This document shows, in pieces, positions 1 through 10,530 of a DNA stretch of 64,000 bases. Made by a program: the position numbers and the translations under genes. The notes under the pieces were generated by a model. That model did not search any database. It was not told the DNA's origin and saw only the letters and a program-made list of their open reading frames with translations. This DNA is from Flavobacteriales bacterium. GTDB taxonomy: Bacteria; Bacteroidota; Bacteroidia; UBA10329. The stretch covers positions 7,499-71,498 of the forward strand of contig JAGYJL010000005.1 of the NCBI GenBank assembly GCA_018402015.1. Direction: 5' to 3'. Positions within the stretch are counted from its first letter, which is position 1; each line of letters opens with the position of its first letter.

Positions 1-657
1 CAGCGCATCGTTTATTCTACAGAGTTCGTGTTCAAAGAGGGGATTTACCTCTCATTCCAGGATTTTAAGAACAATAATCCAGTTCCGATAACCTACATCA
101 TCAGCGATCTCGATATTCGTTCTGAGGATTATATCGATGAAGTGCTCAGTTACGACACTGTTCATTTTTACGATAATCTCCTAGAGGAGCGTAGGGTAGC
201 AACCGACAATATCTGGGGTTACTGCAAGCGGAACAGGATATTCGTAGCTTTTGGAGAAAAGCAGAGCTACAACAACCCCGAGTTCTTCGATTTTTACCCG
301 CTGCTTAATATTGGTGCAGTTTCTTATTTCTCTGCCACCGAAGCATATTACCGTACTATGAGCGTAGGGCCGCAAGTCGGAATTGGCTTTCGAGACCCTA
401 TGATGAATGACCAAATGACGGTTACCGAAACGGGCCAAGTTCAATTGTTGCTGGAATTCAGCTCTGGAAGATTATTGTTGGCAAATAGGGGAGAACTTCG
501 TTCTACGCCACCAGAATTGGTTTCCGACTTAATCAGATCCGATCCGGTTCTGCTGATGGAATTTCAGGCCCTTGCGGTACGTGATCAAAAGCTGAAAGGA
601 ATGTTCTACATCCGAAAATTCAACGAACGAAATCCGATCTATTTCCCAGTGAACTGA
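1..657 (+). CDS. Hypothetical protein, 5'-partial. The reading frame is open from window position 1; the first ATG in the ORF track is at 28.
   Basis: ORF 28..657 is listed in the track. The same frame has no stop back to position 1 (QRIVYSTEFVFKEG...). I recognise no motif. Confidence 0.4.
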   Translation, partial: QRIVYSTEFVFKEGIYLSFQDFKNNNPVPITYIISDLDIRSEDYIDEVLSYDTVHFYDNLLEERRVATDNIWGYCKRNRIFVAFGEKQSYNNPEFFDFYPLLNIGAVSYFSATEAYYRTMSVGPQVGIGFRDPMMNDQMTVTETGQVQLLLEFSSGRLLLANRGELRSTPPELVSDLIRSDPVLLMEFQALAVRDQKLKGMFYIRKFNERNPIYFPVN

Positions 658-682
658 ATAAAAATTGAAAAAATTACAACAG

Positions 683-710
683 ACCCTGTGAAAATCAGGG
701 GTATTGGTTT
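683..710 (+). terminator. Weak hairpin (ccctg-tgaaaat-caggg) followed by a T-rich tail, downstream of the first ORF and upstream of amt. It may be a terminator or an operator-like element.
   Basis: The inverted repeat ccctg/caggg at 684-700 is followed by gtattggtttg. Confidence 0.25.
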
Positions 711-752
711 GCAAAACTCACTTTCTTTGCGCTCAAGTTTAAAAATTGAGCC

Positions 753-2075
753 ATGGGAAAGAAAATGAGTAAAACATATGCCCAAGTAGCCTTATTTCTC
801 TTGTTAATTGTTGGTTTGTTTGCCGCTTTTTACCCGACCGTTCATCCTTCGGGAGGAGAATTTGATTCGGGCGATATCGCTTGGCTCATTTCAGCTTCAG
901 GATTAGTTCTCATCATGACTCCTGGCCTTTCCTATTTCTACGGTGGAATGGTATCTGCCAAGAACATAATCTCCACCATGCTTCAGAGCTTTGTAGCGCT
1001 TGGAGTAATTACTGTACTATGGTTTGTGGTGGGTTTCAGTCTCAGTTTTGGAGATAGTATTGGCGGATTTATTGGAGATCCGCGCACATTTTTCATGTTT
1101 GATAATGTAGGAACTGCAGCTCATTCCACCATCGCTACAGGAATTCCTTTTGTGCTTTTTGCAGCCTTTCAACTCAAGTTTGCCATTATCACACCAGCAC
1201 TTATAACTGGCGCTTTTGCCGAACGCATCAAGTTTTGGGGATACATGCTTTTTATGGTCTTGTTCTGTCTGTTCATTTACACACCGTTGGCTCACTGGAC
1301 CTGGCATCCAGAAGGATTCCTCTTTAAGTGGGGCGTGCTCGATTTTGCGGGAGGAACCGTGGTTCACATCTCGGCAGGGATGGCCGCTTTGGCAGGTGCC
1401 ATGTTCTTTGGAAGAAGGAAAGTGCACATGGACAAAGTGGAGAACACACCGGTCAATATTCCGTACGTGTTGCTCGGCACAGGATTACTTTGGTTCGGTT
1501 GGTTCGGTTTCAATGCTGGTTCAGCCTTGGCAGCTGATGAATTGGCGGTAAGTGCTTTCGTGAATACCAATCTAGCTTCTGCTGCGGCTATGCTGGCTTG
1601 GTTGGTTTACGATTCAGCCCGTGGAAGAAAACCATCTGCTTTGGGAGGAAGTATTGGAGCAGTGGTAGGTCTGGTTGCTATTACACCAGCCGCTGGATTT
1701 GTGAGTTTCGGGGCAAGTATTGCTATAGGCATCACCGCCAGCATCGTTTCAAATATTGCCGTCCACCTGAAGTCAAAATCGACCTTAGATGATACCTTAG
1801 ATGTGTTTCCATGCCATGGTCTGGGTGGAATTGTAGGTATGATACTAACAGGTGTTTTTGCCTTGGATGGCGGATTGATCACGGGTGAAACGACCTTGTT
1901 TCTGAATCACATGTTGGCGCTGGTAATCGTTTGTGTCTTCACCTTTGGAGGAAGTTATTTGCTTTATTTCATCACCAACACCATCATTCCGCTTCGTGTG
2001 AGTGAGGAGGCTGAGGAGATCGGTCTGGATCTTACACAACATGACGAGAAGTACATTCTCGCACGCGTTGATTAA
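753..2075 (+). CDS. amt: Ammonium transporter (Amt family)
   Basis: 440 aa. It is polytopic and hydrophobic. Amt signatures are present: DFAGGTVVHISAG, LGTGLLWFGWFGFNAGS and a C-terminal GLDLTQHDE. Confidence 0.9.
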   Translation: MGKKMSKTYAQVALFLLLIVGLFAAFYPTVHPSGGEFDSGDIAWLISASGLVLIMTPGLSYFYGGMVSAKNIISTMLQSFVALGVITVLWFVVGFSLSFGDSIGGFIGDPRTFFMFDNVGTAAHSTIATGIPFVLFAAFQLKFAIITPALITGAFAERIKFWGYMLFMVLFCLFIYTPLAHWTWHPEGFLFKWGVLDFAGGTVVHISAGMAALAGAMFFGRRKVHMDKVENTPVNIPYVLLGTGLLWFGWFGFNAGSALAADELAVSAFVNTNLASAAAMLAWLVYDSARGRKPSALGGSIGAVVGLVAITPAAGFVSFGASIAIGITASIVSNIAVHLKSKSTLDDTLDVFPCHGLGGIVGMILTGVFALDGGLITGETTLFLNHMLALVIVCVFTFGGSYLLYFITNTIIPLRVSEEAEEIGLDLTQHDEKYILARVD

Positions 2076-2800
2076 TCTTCTACTTCATAAAGTAAGCGCA
2101 TAGTAATGCTGGCGGTCTTCTTTTTATCTGCAGTATTGAACGCGCCACCCCAACTGTAATCTTCGTTAGAGTTCTGCCCCGTAATTTGGAAGACTCCCAT
2201 GCTGGCAGATTCAAGATCTCCCAATTCACTTCCCGAATTTGCAGCAATGGTTTCCGCTCTTAGTCGAGCATCTTCCGTAGCCTTGCGGATCATCTCGATC
2301 TTCAGGTCGGCCATTTTCGTGTAGTAGTAGCGCGGAGCCTCAGAATAGAACTGAACGCCTTTGTTCATCAGTTCAGTAATTGAACGGGATAATTCTTCAA
2401 CCCGAGAAACTTCGTGCGATTCGATTTCCACCGACTGCGTCAATTGGTACCCCACAAACCTTGCTCCTATATAGTTCCCGTTCTGATATTGAGGTTCTGA
2501 CTGTTCCAATGTGCTGACTGCCTTAAATACCACTTGATCTTCTTTTAATCCTTTGGATAGTAAGTACGCTTTAATGATAGATTTGTCTTGTTCCAATGCA
2601 GCGTAAGCAGCTTTAAGATCGTTGTTTTCACGTACGAATCGCCCTTCCCAAACGATCAGATCGGATTCGAAATCTTCAGAGCCAAGCCCAGTGACGCTGA
2701 TGGTCCCGTTGGTTTCGGCACGTTCTACATAAGCGGTTCCTAAAAAATAGGCAGCTGCCACAATGGCAACGGAGAACAGAATGGCGTTTGTCGTTTTCAT
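2072..2800 (-). CDS. SIMPL domain (DUF541) periplasmic protein. The likely true start is MKTTNAILF, because the track ORF extends to 2830.
   Basis: The signal-anchor ILFSVAIVAAAYF, the overall 240-aa architecture and the C-terminal MRLLYEVED are typical of SIMPL / 26 kDa periplasmic immunogenic protein family members. Confidence 0.7.
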   Translation of the reverse strand: MKTTNAILFSVAIVAAAYFLGTAYVERAETNGTISVTGLGSEDFESDLIVWEGRFVRENNDLKAAYAALEQDKSIIKAYLLSKGLKEDQVVFKAVSTLEQSEPQYQNGNYIGARFVGYQLTQSVEIESHEVSRVEELSRSITELMNKGVQFYSEAPRYYYTKMADLKIEMIRKATEDARLRAETIAANSGSELGDLESASMGVFQITGQNSNEDYSWGGAFNTADKKKTASITMRLLYEVED

Positions 2801-3103
2801 GGTATCAAAGCTAATTATTGCTAAAAGCAATTATGAACAGAACATTGCCTAGGCCAATTAAAAAAATGTTAATCACTGTTTTGTTAATTACCGCGCGCTC
2901 ACGCGAAAGAAATTCGGGGCATTTCTATTGATTCAAATTTCAACCAGATAAGCAACTAGCGTAACCTTTCCTCTGGTCTTCTAAAGGCAGGTATTTGTAA
3001 ATCAGGCCTGCCTATTCCGTTTTCAGAGCAAACCGTAGGTCCTTATGGAATTCTCAAAATCGCTGCATCCAAAGGGAAAGTTTAACCTAAAAATTCTACA
3101 ATC

Positions 3104-4392
3104 ATGAAAACCCTAGCAGTTATTGTCATTACCGTTTCCACAACCCTTTTCGTTACGCTGTATTCCGCATTTCCTGAAAGATTTTCATTGCGGGAAACGA
3201 AACCCGAAAAAGGTTGTGTATTCAACTCCATGATGGGAATTGAAAGCACAGCAGATTATGCCAAGTACAAGACTCCCGATAAAGTGATGAGTTCTCTGGA
3301 GCACGGACTTGGATGGATTGCCGCTGCTCAGCACAAAGATGGCGGTTGGGGAGCTGGAAGTCACTACGAACAGCGTCAGATGAATCCGCATGCAGTGGCC
3401 TGATCCTGCTACAACTTCCCATGGTCGGTATGGCGTTGCTTCGAAACAGTAACACGACAGAAAAGGAATACAGCGCAACTCAGCAAAGCAGTCGGTACAT
3501 CTCTGACACAAGTGGAGACATCAAACCCGAATTCTCTCAATATCACAGAGTTGCAGAACACGCAGATTCAGACAAACTAGGGCAGAACATCGATGTGGTT
3601 CTCGCTTCTCAGTTCTTGACTAATTTGTTGGAGAAACTTCCAAAGAATCATCAGCTACGTGAGAGAATCAATAAAGCATTGAATGTTTGTGTAGTGAAAA
3701 TTCAGAAAGGACAAATGGCCGATGAGCACGCAAGGCGCAGGTTGGGCCGGTGTGTTGCAATCCTCACTTACGAGTAATGCACTCAAGCTGCAGAATTCGC
3801 GGGGGCAGATGTGGACCTGAAAAAACTGGAGCAGGCTCGCGACTATCAGAAAAGCAACTTTGATACGGAAACGGGAAATGTGAACACGGACAAAGGTGCT
3901 GGAATTGTACTCTACTCCGTCTCAGGTTCTGCAAGAGCAGCAGCAAAGGAAGCGCGCCAGACCCGCGAGCGACTGCAAGAAGCGGAGGAACAAGGGTTGA
4001 TCGATGATGTGAAAGATGTTTCGGCAGATGTGCTGCGAAAAATCGGCTTTTCTGAAGATGAAGCGATCAAAGCCGAAACGAGTTACAAGGTTTACGAAAG
4101 TGCCAAGCAAACTGCGCAGCGACAAGATGTGATGAGCGGTTTTGGAAACAACGGAGGAGAGGAGTTCCTGAGTTTCCTTCAAACCGGAGAAGGACTCGTT
4201 ATCGCCAAAGACAATTCTTGGAAGAACTGGTATGATGATATCTCAGGAAAGATGCTCCGAATTCAGAATCAGGACGGAAGCTGGAATGGGCATCATTGCA
4301 TCACAAGTCCTGTATTCTGCACGGCAACTTGCCTGTTGATTCTTTCAATCGAAAATGATATTCAAAATCTTCAACAGATGGGAGGGAGTTGA
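3104..4392 (+). pseudogene. Prenyltransferase / squalene-cyclase-repeat (terpenoid cyclase-like) protein, disrupted. Three ORF pieces, 3104-3403, 3313-3777 and 3811-4392, are joined by a frameshift near 3400 and an in-frame TAA at 3775.
   Basis: QxxDGGWG-type repeats (QHKDGGWGAG, QNQDGSWNG) are split across pieces. Frames: 3104 is mod 2; 3313 and 3811 are both mod 1, separated only by the TAA at 3775-3777. Confidence 0.5.
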
Positions 4393-4415
4393 TCTGGAGA
4401 AGTATAAGTGGTGTT

Positions 4416-4468
4416 CCGACCTTACGCATTGATTTAGTTAGACCAATGCAGAAGGTCGGGCTTTTTTT
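4416..4468 (+). terminator. Rho-independent terminator after the prenyltransferase-repeat gene
   Basis: A 16-bp imperfect stem ccgaccttacgcattg / caatgcagaaggtcgg is followed by cttttttt. Confidence 0.6.
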
Positions 4469-4585
4469 GCACGCAGCTTAAGGTCTTTAACAGTTCGTTA
4501 ACATGTTGGTCCTGGCCATGTTGGTACTTTCGGAACGGTAATTGAATAAAACCGAAAATCAACAAATAATTAATCTTAAATCATC

Positions 4586-5032
4586 ATGAAAAAAGCAATG
4601 TTACTTATGGCGATGGTCGTTGGATCTTTCGCTTATGTTACGGCTCAGGTAGCTGGTCCGCAGATCGAATTTGAAAGAGTAGAGCACGATTATGGTTCTA
4701 TTGATCAGGGCGGAGATGGCGCAACCGAATTCGTATTCACCAACACAGGTACAGAGCCGTTGATCATTTCTAAGGCAAAAGGTTCTTGCGGATGCACGGT
4801 TCCTGAGTGGCCGAAAGAGCCGATCGCACCAGGCGCTAAGTCTTCTATTAAGGTCAAGTACGACACAAAGCGTGTTGGTCCTATCAGCAAGTCTGTTACT
4901 ATTACTTCAAACTCTGTGGATAACAGCACCGCATTGTTGAAGATCAAAGGAACAGTTAACGCAGTTGCTAGCGAAGAAGATGCTCTTCCAGAGAGTAAAA
5001 CGATAGAAGGAGCAACTCCTGTTTCTGAATAA
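4586..5032 (+). CDS. DUF1573 domain-containing secreted protein
   Basis: 148 aa. It has a signal peptide and the conserved core GxxxxFxFTNTGTEPLIISKAKGSCGCTVPEWPKEPIAPG that characterises Bacteroidetes DUF1573 proteins. Confidence 0.8.
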   Translation: MKKAMLLMAMVVGSFAYVTAQVAGPQIEFERVEHDYGSIDQGGDGATEFVFTNTGTEPLIISKAKGSCGCTVPEWPKEPIAPGAKSSIKVKYDTKRVGPISKSVTITSNSVDNSTALLKIKGTVNAVASEEDALPESKTIEGATPVSE

Positions 5033-5057
5033 GAAAAGACGTTTTTATTGAATGAAA

Positions 5058-5086
5058 AGTCCCGATTATTGTCGGGACTTTTTTTA
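5058..5086 (+). terminator. Rho-independent terminator after the DUF1573 gene
   Basis: A perfect 8-bp stem agtcccga / tcgggact with loop ttattg is followed by T7 at 5080-5086. Confidence 0.65.
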
Positions 5087-5132
5087 TGCTCAAGAATCGC
5101 TGATGCCAAGACTCTCACTCAAGGGTAATCAA

Positions 5133-6304
5133 ATGCCCGAATCGCCAATTCGTAAATTGGTTCCGTATGCAACCGCTGCTAAAGCAAGAGGTATTAAAGT
5201 ATACCATCTCAATATCGGTCAGCCAGATATAGAAACCCCAGAAGTGGCGCTGACCGCTATAAGGAACATCGATCGCAAGGTTATTGAATACAGTAATTCT
5301 GAGGGTTATGCCACTTATCGAAGTGGTTTGGCCAAGTATTACCAAAGTGTGGGTGTTGATGTAGCGGATACCGACATCATGGTTACCACAGGTGGCTCAG
5401 AAGCATTGATCTTCGGCTTTATGACCTGCATGGATCCGGGAGATGAGATCATTATTCCCGAACCATTCTACGCCAATTACAATGGTTTTGCTACCATGGC
5501 GGGCCTTAATGTAAAGCCCATCACTGCTAAAATTGAAGATGGTTTTGCGCTGCCACCTATCTCTGAGTTCGAGCGAAGAATTACCGAGAATACTCATTGC
5601 CATTCGTCACTTATCTGTAACCCTGGAAACCCTACAGGAACATTATACGGAAAGGAAAGCCTTGAAGCCTTGGCCAAGTTGGTCAAGAAATACGACCTTT
5701 TTCTGTTTGCCGATGAGGTTTACCGCGAATTCTGTTACGATAGTGCCATTCCTTTTTCGTGTATGAATTTGGAAGGAATTGAGAATAACGTGGTAATGGT
5801 AGATAGCGTGAGTAAACGCTACAGTATGTGTGGTGCAAGAGTTGGTGCTTTGGTTTCAGAAACAAGGAAATGATGACCAACGCTCAAGTTTGCACAAGCC
5901 AGATTGAGTCCACCAACACTTGGGCAGATTGCTGGCGAGGCCGCATTAAACACACCTCAAGAGTATTTTGATCGGGTGAAGGAAGAATACATGCAGCGCA
6001 GAAATGTGCTGATCGATGGATTGAATGCCATTGATGGTGTGACCAGTCCAAAACCCGCTGGCGCATTTTACGCCATGGCACAATTGCCTGTAGAGAGTGG
6101 CGATGATTTCTGCCAATGGATGTTAGAGAATTCAGCTTCGAAGGAGAAACAGTGATGATGGCTCCCGGAAGCGGTTTTTATTCAACTCGTGCATACGGAG
6201 AGAAGCAAGTTCGAATTGCTTATGTACTTAAAGAAGAAGACCTTAAGAGATCGGTTAAGATCATTGAAGAAGGTTTGAAAGTCTACCCAAGGAGAACCAA
6301 CTAA
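5133..6304 (+). pseudogene. PLP-dependent aminotransferase class I/II (AspC-like), disrupted. There are two in-frame TGA TGA stops at 5871-5876 with compensating indels, and a frameshift near 6125.
   Basis: Aminotransferase motifs are present: PESPIRKL..., FLFADEVYREF, SVSKRYSMCGARVGALVS, then LSPPTLGQIAGEAAL, then ETVMMAPGSGFY. A +1-frame reading NKEMMTNA restores the expected sequence between the pieces. The true start is taken as MPESPIRK because the first 27 codons of the track ORF overlap the upstream terminator hairpin. Confidence 0.55.
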
Positions 6305-6350
6305 GGATAAAGCAAATACTTCTTACGAAGTGATCTTGAATGCATCGAGG

Positions 6351-7520
6351 TCAGATTGCCAGGAACCAACGATTTCTTCGATGGATTTTTCCAGCAATGA
6401 TCTGCTTTCTTAGTTCTGAAGAACCGGCCAGTTTGTCGAAGAAATCAGATTGGAAGAACTTGTTTTTTTCCGGGTAGTTCTCATAGGTTGATATGAGCCA
6501 ATCCAAGTTCAATTGCTTTAGGTTTCTGAGGCTGTCCAACGGCAACGAGGACAGGTCTATACCATTGCATTTCATCCCTTCAAATTTGGGATTTACAGCA
6601 ACTCCTTTAATGTCTTTGGGAGTGAAAGTGGTGTTTCCTTCAGGCATTTCAGGATAACCGAACTGCTGGAAAGGCTTATCCGTTCCACGGCCTTCGCTTA
6701 CAACCGTTCCTTCAAAAAAGCACAGACTCGGGTATAGATAAATAGCCTGCTGGTTAGGTAGATTGGGAGATGGGGCGATAGGCAATTCGTACGCATCATT
6801 TCGATCATAATCCATCATTTCAATGACGCTGAGTTCGCACTTTACACCATTTTTCAGCCAACCTTCCTCATTCACCATTTTGGCATATTCTCCAACCGTC
6901 ATTCCATGAACCACTGGAACCTCGTGCAAGCCTACGAACGATGAGAAGTCCTTCTGAAGAACCGGACCATCCACGTAATGCCCGTTCGGATTAGGGCGGT
7001 CGAGCACGATCAGTTGGATGCTATTCTCTGCACAGGCTTCCATCATGTAACTCATAGTACTGATGTAGGTGTAGAACCGTGCGCCTACATCTTGAATGTC
7101 AAAGATCACAACATCAAGACCTTGCAGTTGCTTGGCCGATGGCTTGTAATTGCTTCCATAAAGAGACATGATAGGCAGCCCTGTTTTCGGGTCTTTGCTA
7201 TCAGAGATCTTTGCGCCCGCACTTGCATTACCACGAAATCCGTGCTCAGGAGCAAATACGCATTTCACGTTTACGCCTAAACTCAAAAGTGTATCCACTA
7301 AATGGATCTTACCGACCACCGAGGTTTGATTGGCAACAATACCTACTGCTTTTCCTTCTATTCGAGGCAGGTATAAGTCTGTTCGCTGTGCTCCTAAAAC
7401 AAGCTGCTTCTGAATTTCTTCGATTGCTATGCCATCATTTGCTGGTGGTGGAGCAGGCACGGGTTGTCCGCAAGCAGAAAGCCACAGAACGGTAATGAGA
7501 TATTTGATAGTTTTAGCCAT
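6351..7520 (-). CDS. DUF1343 family exo-β-N-acetylmuramidase (NamZ/YbbC-like) lipoprotein
   Basis: Family-typical motifs: GIVANQTSV, VFAPEHGFRGN, DVVIFDIQDVGARFYTYISTM and RPNPNGHYVDGP. A lipoprotein-like N-terminus, MAKTIKYLITVLWLSACG, makes 7520 the likely start rather than 7556. Confidence 0.8.
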   Translation of the reverse strand: MAKTIKYLITVLWLSACGQPVPAPPPANDGIAIEEIQKQLVLGAQRTDLYLPRIEGKAVGIVANQTSVVGKIHLVDTLLSLGVNVKCVFAPEHGFRGNASAGAKISDSKDPKTGLPIMSLYGSNYKPSAKQLQGLDVVIFDIQDVGARFYTYISTMSYMMEACAENSIQLIVLDRPNPNGHYVDGPVLQKDFSSFVGLHEVPVVHGMTVGEYAKMVNEEGWLKNGVKCELSVIEMMDYDRNDAYELPIAPSPNLPNQQAIYLYPSLCFFEGTVVSEGRGTDKPFQQFGYPEMPEGNTTFTPKDIKGVAVNPKFEGMKCNGIDLSSLPLDSLRNLKQLNLDWLISTYENYPEKNKFFQSDFFDKLAGSSELRKQIIAGKIHRRNRWFLAI

Positions 7521-7556
7521 TATCCTTCGAGCACAAATCTCTTTCAAGGCAAGCAA

Positions 7557-8797
7557 TTGAACACACCTTTTTTTATTGCAAAACGCCTCATCCGAACAGA
7601 TGGGCGTGCCGAAAGTAGCAATATTTCAGGCACGCGGCCGATCGTGAGGATTGCCATTGCTGGCATTGCACTGGGATTAGCGGTTATGATCGTTTCCATG
7701 GCCATTGTTACGGGTTTTCAGAAAGAGATCACGGATAAAGTGGTCAATTTTGGTGCCGACATCATCATTACCGATTATTCCAATCTCAATGCCATAGAGC
7801 CACAGCCGGTTTCCAAAGAGCAGGACTTTTATCCAAGCCTAACGGAAATTGATGGCATACGACACATTCAGGTGTTTGCTACCAAAGCAGGTATTGTTAA
7901 AACAGACGAGGAAATTGAAGGGGTAGTTGTAAAAGGTGTTGGTAGCGATTTCGATTGGAGTTTTTTTCAGCGACACCTGATAGATGGGCAGGTTTTTGAA
8001 ACAACAGATAGTTCGCGCAGCAAGAATATTCTCATTTCAGAAAGTATCTCTAAGAAGTTGAAACTGAATGTTGGCGATAGAATGGAAGTGTTTTTCATTC
8101 AGGAAGAACGGCAGCGTGCGCGTGTATTTGATGTAACAGGAATCTATAAAACAGGCTTGGCGGAGTATGACGAACGATATGTAATTACTGATATTACACA
8201 TATTCAACGGCTCAATGGTTGGAGTTCGGATCAAGTTGCGGGCTTCGAAGTTTTCGTAGACGATTTTGGAGATTTGGATGAGTTGGAAGATGTGGTTTAC
8301 CACAGTATTGGTAATGACCTTTATTCGGCAACGGTAAAAGATCTGCAACCACAGATATTCGATTGGCTCGATCTTCAGGATATGAACGTAAGGGTTATCA
8401 TCATTCTGATGCTCGTAGTAGCAGGCTTCACACATGATTTCTGCTTTGCTCATCTGGTCATTGAGCGCGTTTATAATGATTCAGAACTCTGAAATCGCTT
8501 GGAATGAACGATGGAAACATACGTAACATCTTCATCTATCAAGCACTGTATCTAACGGGTGTTGGTCTGTTCTGGGGTAATCTGGTCGGAATTCTACTAT
8601 GCCTTATTCAAGATCGATTCGGCCTCGTCACTTTGGATGAAGCCAGCTATTACGTAAAAGTTGTTCCCATCAATTTAGACATCGCACACATTCTTCTGCT
8701 CAACACGGGTACGCTGTTCTTCTGCTTTCTAATGTTGCTTTTGCCTTCTATGGTGGTTTCCCGAATTCAGCCGCTCAAGGCCATTCGTTTCAACTAG
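7557..8797 (+). pseudogene. LolC/LolE-type FtsX-family ABC permease (lipoprotein release), disrupted by several frame changes around 8430-8500. The likely start is TTG at 7557.
   Basis: The N-terminal piece 7464..8492 carries FFIAKRLIRTDG, TGFQKEITDKV and DGQVFETTDSS. The C-terminal piece 8504..8797 carries GMNDGNIRNIFIYQALYLTGVG. The expected MISALL and VIERV segments appear in two different frames between the pieces. There is no ATG after the upstream gene; an in-frame TTG lies at 7557. Confidence 0.5.
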
Positions 8798-9600
8798 GCG
8801 TTCTGCCCGAACCAACGGTCAAGTAGATCGCGGAGCCGCTTTGGCGAAACCTCGTATTCCAATTCGCCTTCGTGCGTCACAGAAATATTCCCTGTTTGTT
8901 CCGAGACTACGATGGCTATGGCATCTGTGGTTTCCGATAATCCAACAGCAGCTCGGTGGCGCATGCCCAAATGAGCAGGAAACTCATCATCATCTGTTAC
9001 CGGAAGCACGCATCGCGCAGCTTTTATTCGATTGCCAGAAATGATCACGGCTCCATCGTGCAGCGGACTGTTCTTGTAGAAGATGGATTCAAGTATCTTG
9101 GCAGAAACCTCCGCATCAACCTTTTCGCCCGTATTGAGATAGAACTGCAGATTGCTTTCTCGACTGATGACAATAATGGCACCCGTTGCTTCCTGCGCCA
9201 TGTTCAAACATGCAGACACGATTGCGCTAATGTTCAACGTTTCAGCTGTACTGAAAGTCCGTTTCAGGTTCAGCCATTTTAGCGGTGAACTTTTTCCACT
9301 CATGAATCCGGTGGTTCCGATCAGTAGCAGAAAACGCCTCACTTCCTGCTGAAAAACAACGATCAACGCCAGAACTCCCACGCCAATGAACTGTCCGAGT
9401 ATCGAACCTAGTAATTGCATGTTAAGCGCTCTTACCAGCAACCAAAGCAAGTAAAGAGAAAGAATTCCTAGAAAGATATTGATGGCTGCTGTGCCACGAA
9501 CCAGATTGTAAAGTTGATAAAGCAATATGGCCACAATGAGGATGTCTAAGGCATCCAACCAGCGGAAGGTGATAAAACCTAAAACTACATCTGCCAACAT
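8794..9600 (-). CDS. cdaA: Diadenylate cyclase CdaA (c-di-AMP synthase, DisA_N domain)
   Basis: Three N-terminal transmembrane helices are followed by the DAC domain, with DGAVIISGNRIKAARCVLPV and GMRHRAAVGLSETTDA. Confidence 0.85.
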   Translation of the reverse strand: MLADVVLGFITFRWLDALDILIVAILLYQLYNLVRGTAAINIFLGILSLYLLWLLVRALNMQLLGSILGQFIGVGVLALIVVFQQEVRRFLLLIGTTGFMSGKSSPLKWLNLKRTFSTAETLNISAIVSACLNMAQEATGAIIVISRESNLQFYLNTGEKVDAEVSAKILESIFYKNSPLHDGAVIISGNRIKAARCVLPVTDDDEFPAHLGMRHRAAVGLSETTDAIAIVVSEQTGNISVTHEGELEYEVSPKRLRDLLDRWFGQNA

Positions 9601-9711
9601 GGGTATGCTTTCTGCTAAAACGCGAATTGCCCAAAATTAGCGTAATCAGCGGGACTCCTGTCAAAAGTCAGTTGACGACCGAGGCATTCAGTTTACTTCG
9701 TAGCACAGGAA

Positions 9712-10530
9712 ATGGAAGAAGACAACTTCGAATTATTTGATCCAAAAAAGGCGCAGAAGTTGGCTCAGGTCGTGCTTCCAATTGCTGAAACGTACCATCG
9801 GGCTAAATGGCTGGGGTTGGAGAACATACCAGATGAGGTCTTCTTGGGAGTTGGTAATCACACCGGCATGCACTTTATGCCAGAATCGGTGTTGTGGGTT
9901 GCAAAATATCAGGTCAAAGAAAGGCCTGTTGCTATGCTTACGCTGATTCATCATATGACGCATCGTATCGCCAAATTGCTCAACTTCCCTGTAAATGAGT
10001 TGGGACTGTTGGAAGCGAACCGTCAGAGTGCCTTGGATGCGCTTAAAGCCGGATATGCTGTAACCGTTTATCCGGGTGGTGATAGGGATGTTGCTAGGCC
10101 TTTTTCAGATAGGAACAATATCAATTTCTTCGATCATTTAGGTTACGTGAAGACCGCGCTGAAGGCTCAGGTTCCTATTCTTCCTATTGTTGGCTGTGGA
10201 GGTGGAGAAACACTTTTTGTGCTCAATTCTGGCGAAAAGTTTGCCGAATTCACCGGACTCAAGAAGTTCGCTAAGGTGCACACATGGCCGTTGTACTGGT
10301 CGTTTCCATTCGGGTTTCATTGGGGGCATTTTCCGCATTTTGAATTGCCGCTTCCCTCGCAAATGACCATGAGTGTGCTACAGCCGTATTACCTGAATGA
10401 TCACTCTCCTGAGGATGCCGAAAATCCGGAAGTGGTGAGTGCGATTAACGAGGAGATCATTTACCGGATGCAAAAGGAATTGGACCGGATCTCGAAAGGA
10501 AGACTACCCGTTATTGGGAAGTTGTTCTGA
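9712..10530 (+). CDS. Lysophospholipid/glycerol-3-phosphate acyltransferase-family protein (PlsC-like)
   Basis: 272 aa with GNHTGMHF and VYPGGDRD motifs. Family assignment is moderate and the substrate is unknown. Confidence 0.55.
   Translation: MEEDNFELFDPKKAQKLAQVVLPIAETYHRAKWLGLENIPDEVFLGVGNHTGMHFMPESVLWVAKYQVKERPVAMLTLIHHMTHRIAKLLNFPVNELGLLEANRQSALDALKAGYAVTVYPGGDRDVARPFSDRNNINFFDHLGYVKTALKAQVPILPIVGCGGGETLFVLNSGEKFAEFTGLKKFAKVHTWPLYWSFPFGFHWGHFPHFELPLPSQMTMSVLQPYYLNDHSPEDAENPEVVSAINEEIIYRMQKELDRISKGRLPVIGKLF

Noticed and set aside
1017-1882. Numerous 60-140-aa ORFs nested in or antisense to long genes (for example 1017-1427-, 1216-1551+, 29308-29547-, 40992-41693-, 49442-49672+)
   Set aside because: They overlap strongly supported long CDSs, lack motifs, and are the expected by-product of six-frame translation of moderate-GC coding DNA.
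2072-2075. Palindromic shared stop codons of convergent gene pairs (TTAA at 2072-2075 for amt/SIMPL; the CGCTGATCAGCG palindrome at 48211-48222 for adhesin/LolA-like)
   Set aside because: Overlapping convergent stops at a palindrome are common and need no special explanation. No associated T-tract or longer structure is present.
2805-2830. Near-perfect inverted repeat attattgct-aaa-agcaattat just upstream of the SIMPL gene start
   Set aside because: It is short (9 bp arms, one mismatch) and AT-rich. It could be an operator, but nothing else supports that. It is noted only.
5052-5132. The ORF-track start of the aminotransferase at 5052 (MKSPDYCRDFFYAQ...)
   Set aside because: These codons are the stem-loop and T-tract of the upstream rho-independent terminator (agtcccga...tcgggacttttttt). 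The conserved N-terminus MPESPIRK begins at 5133.
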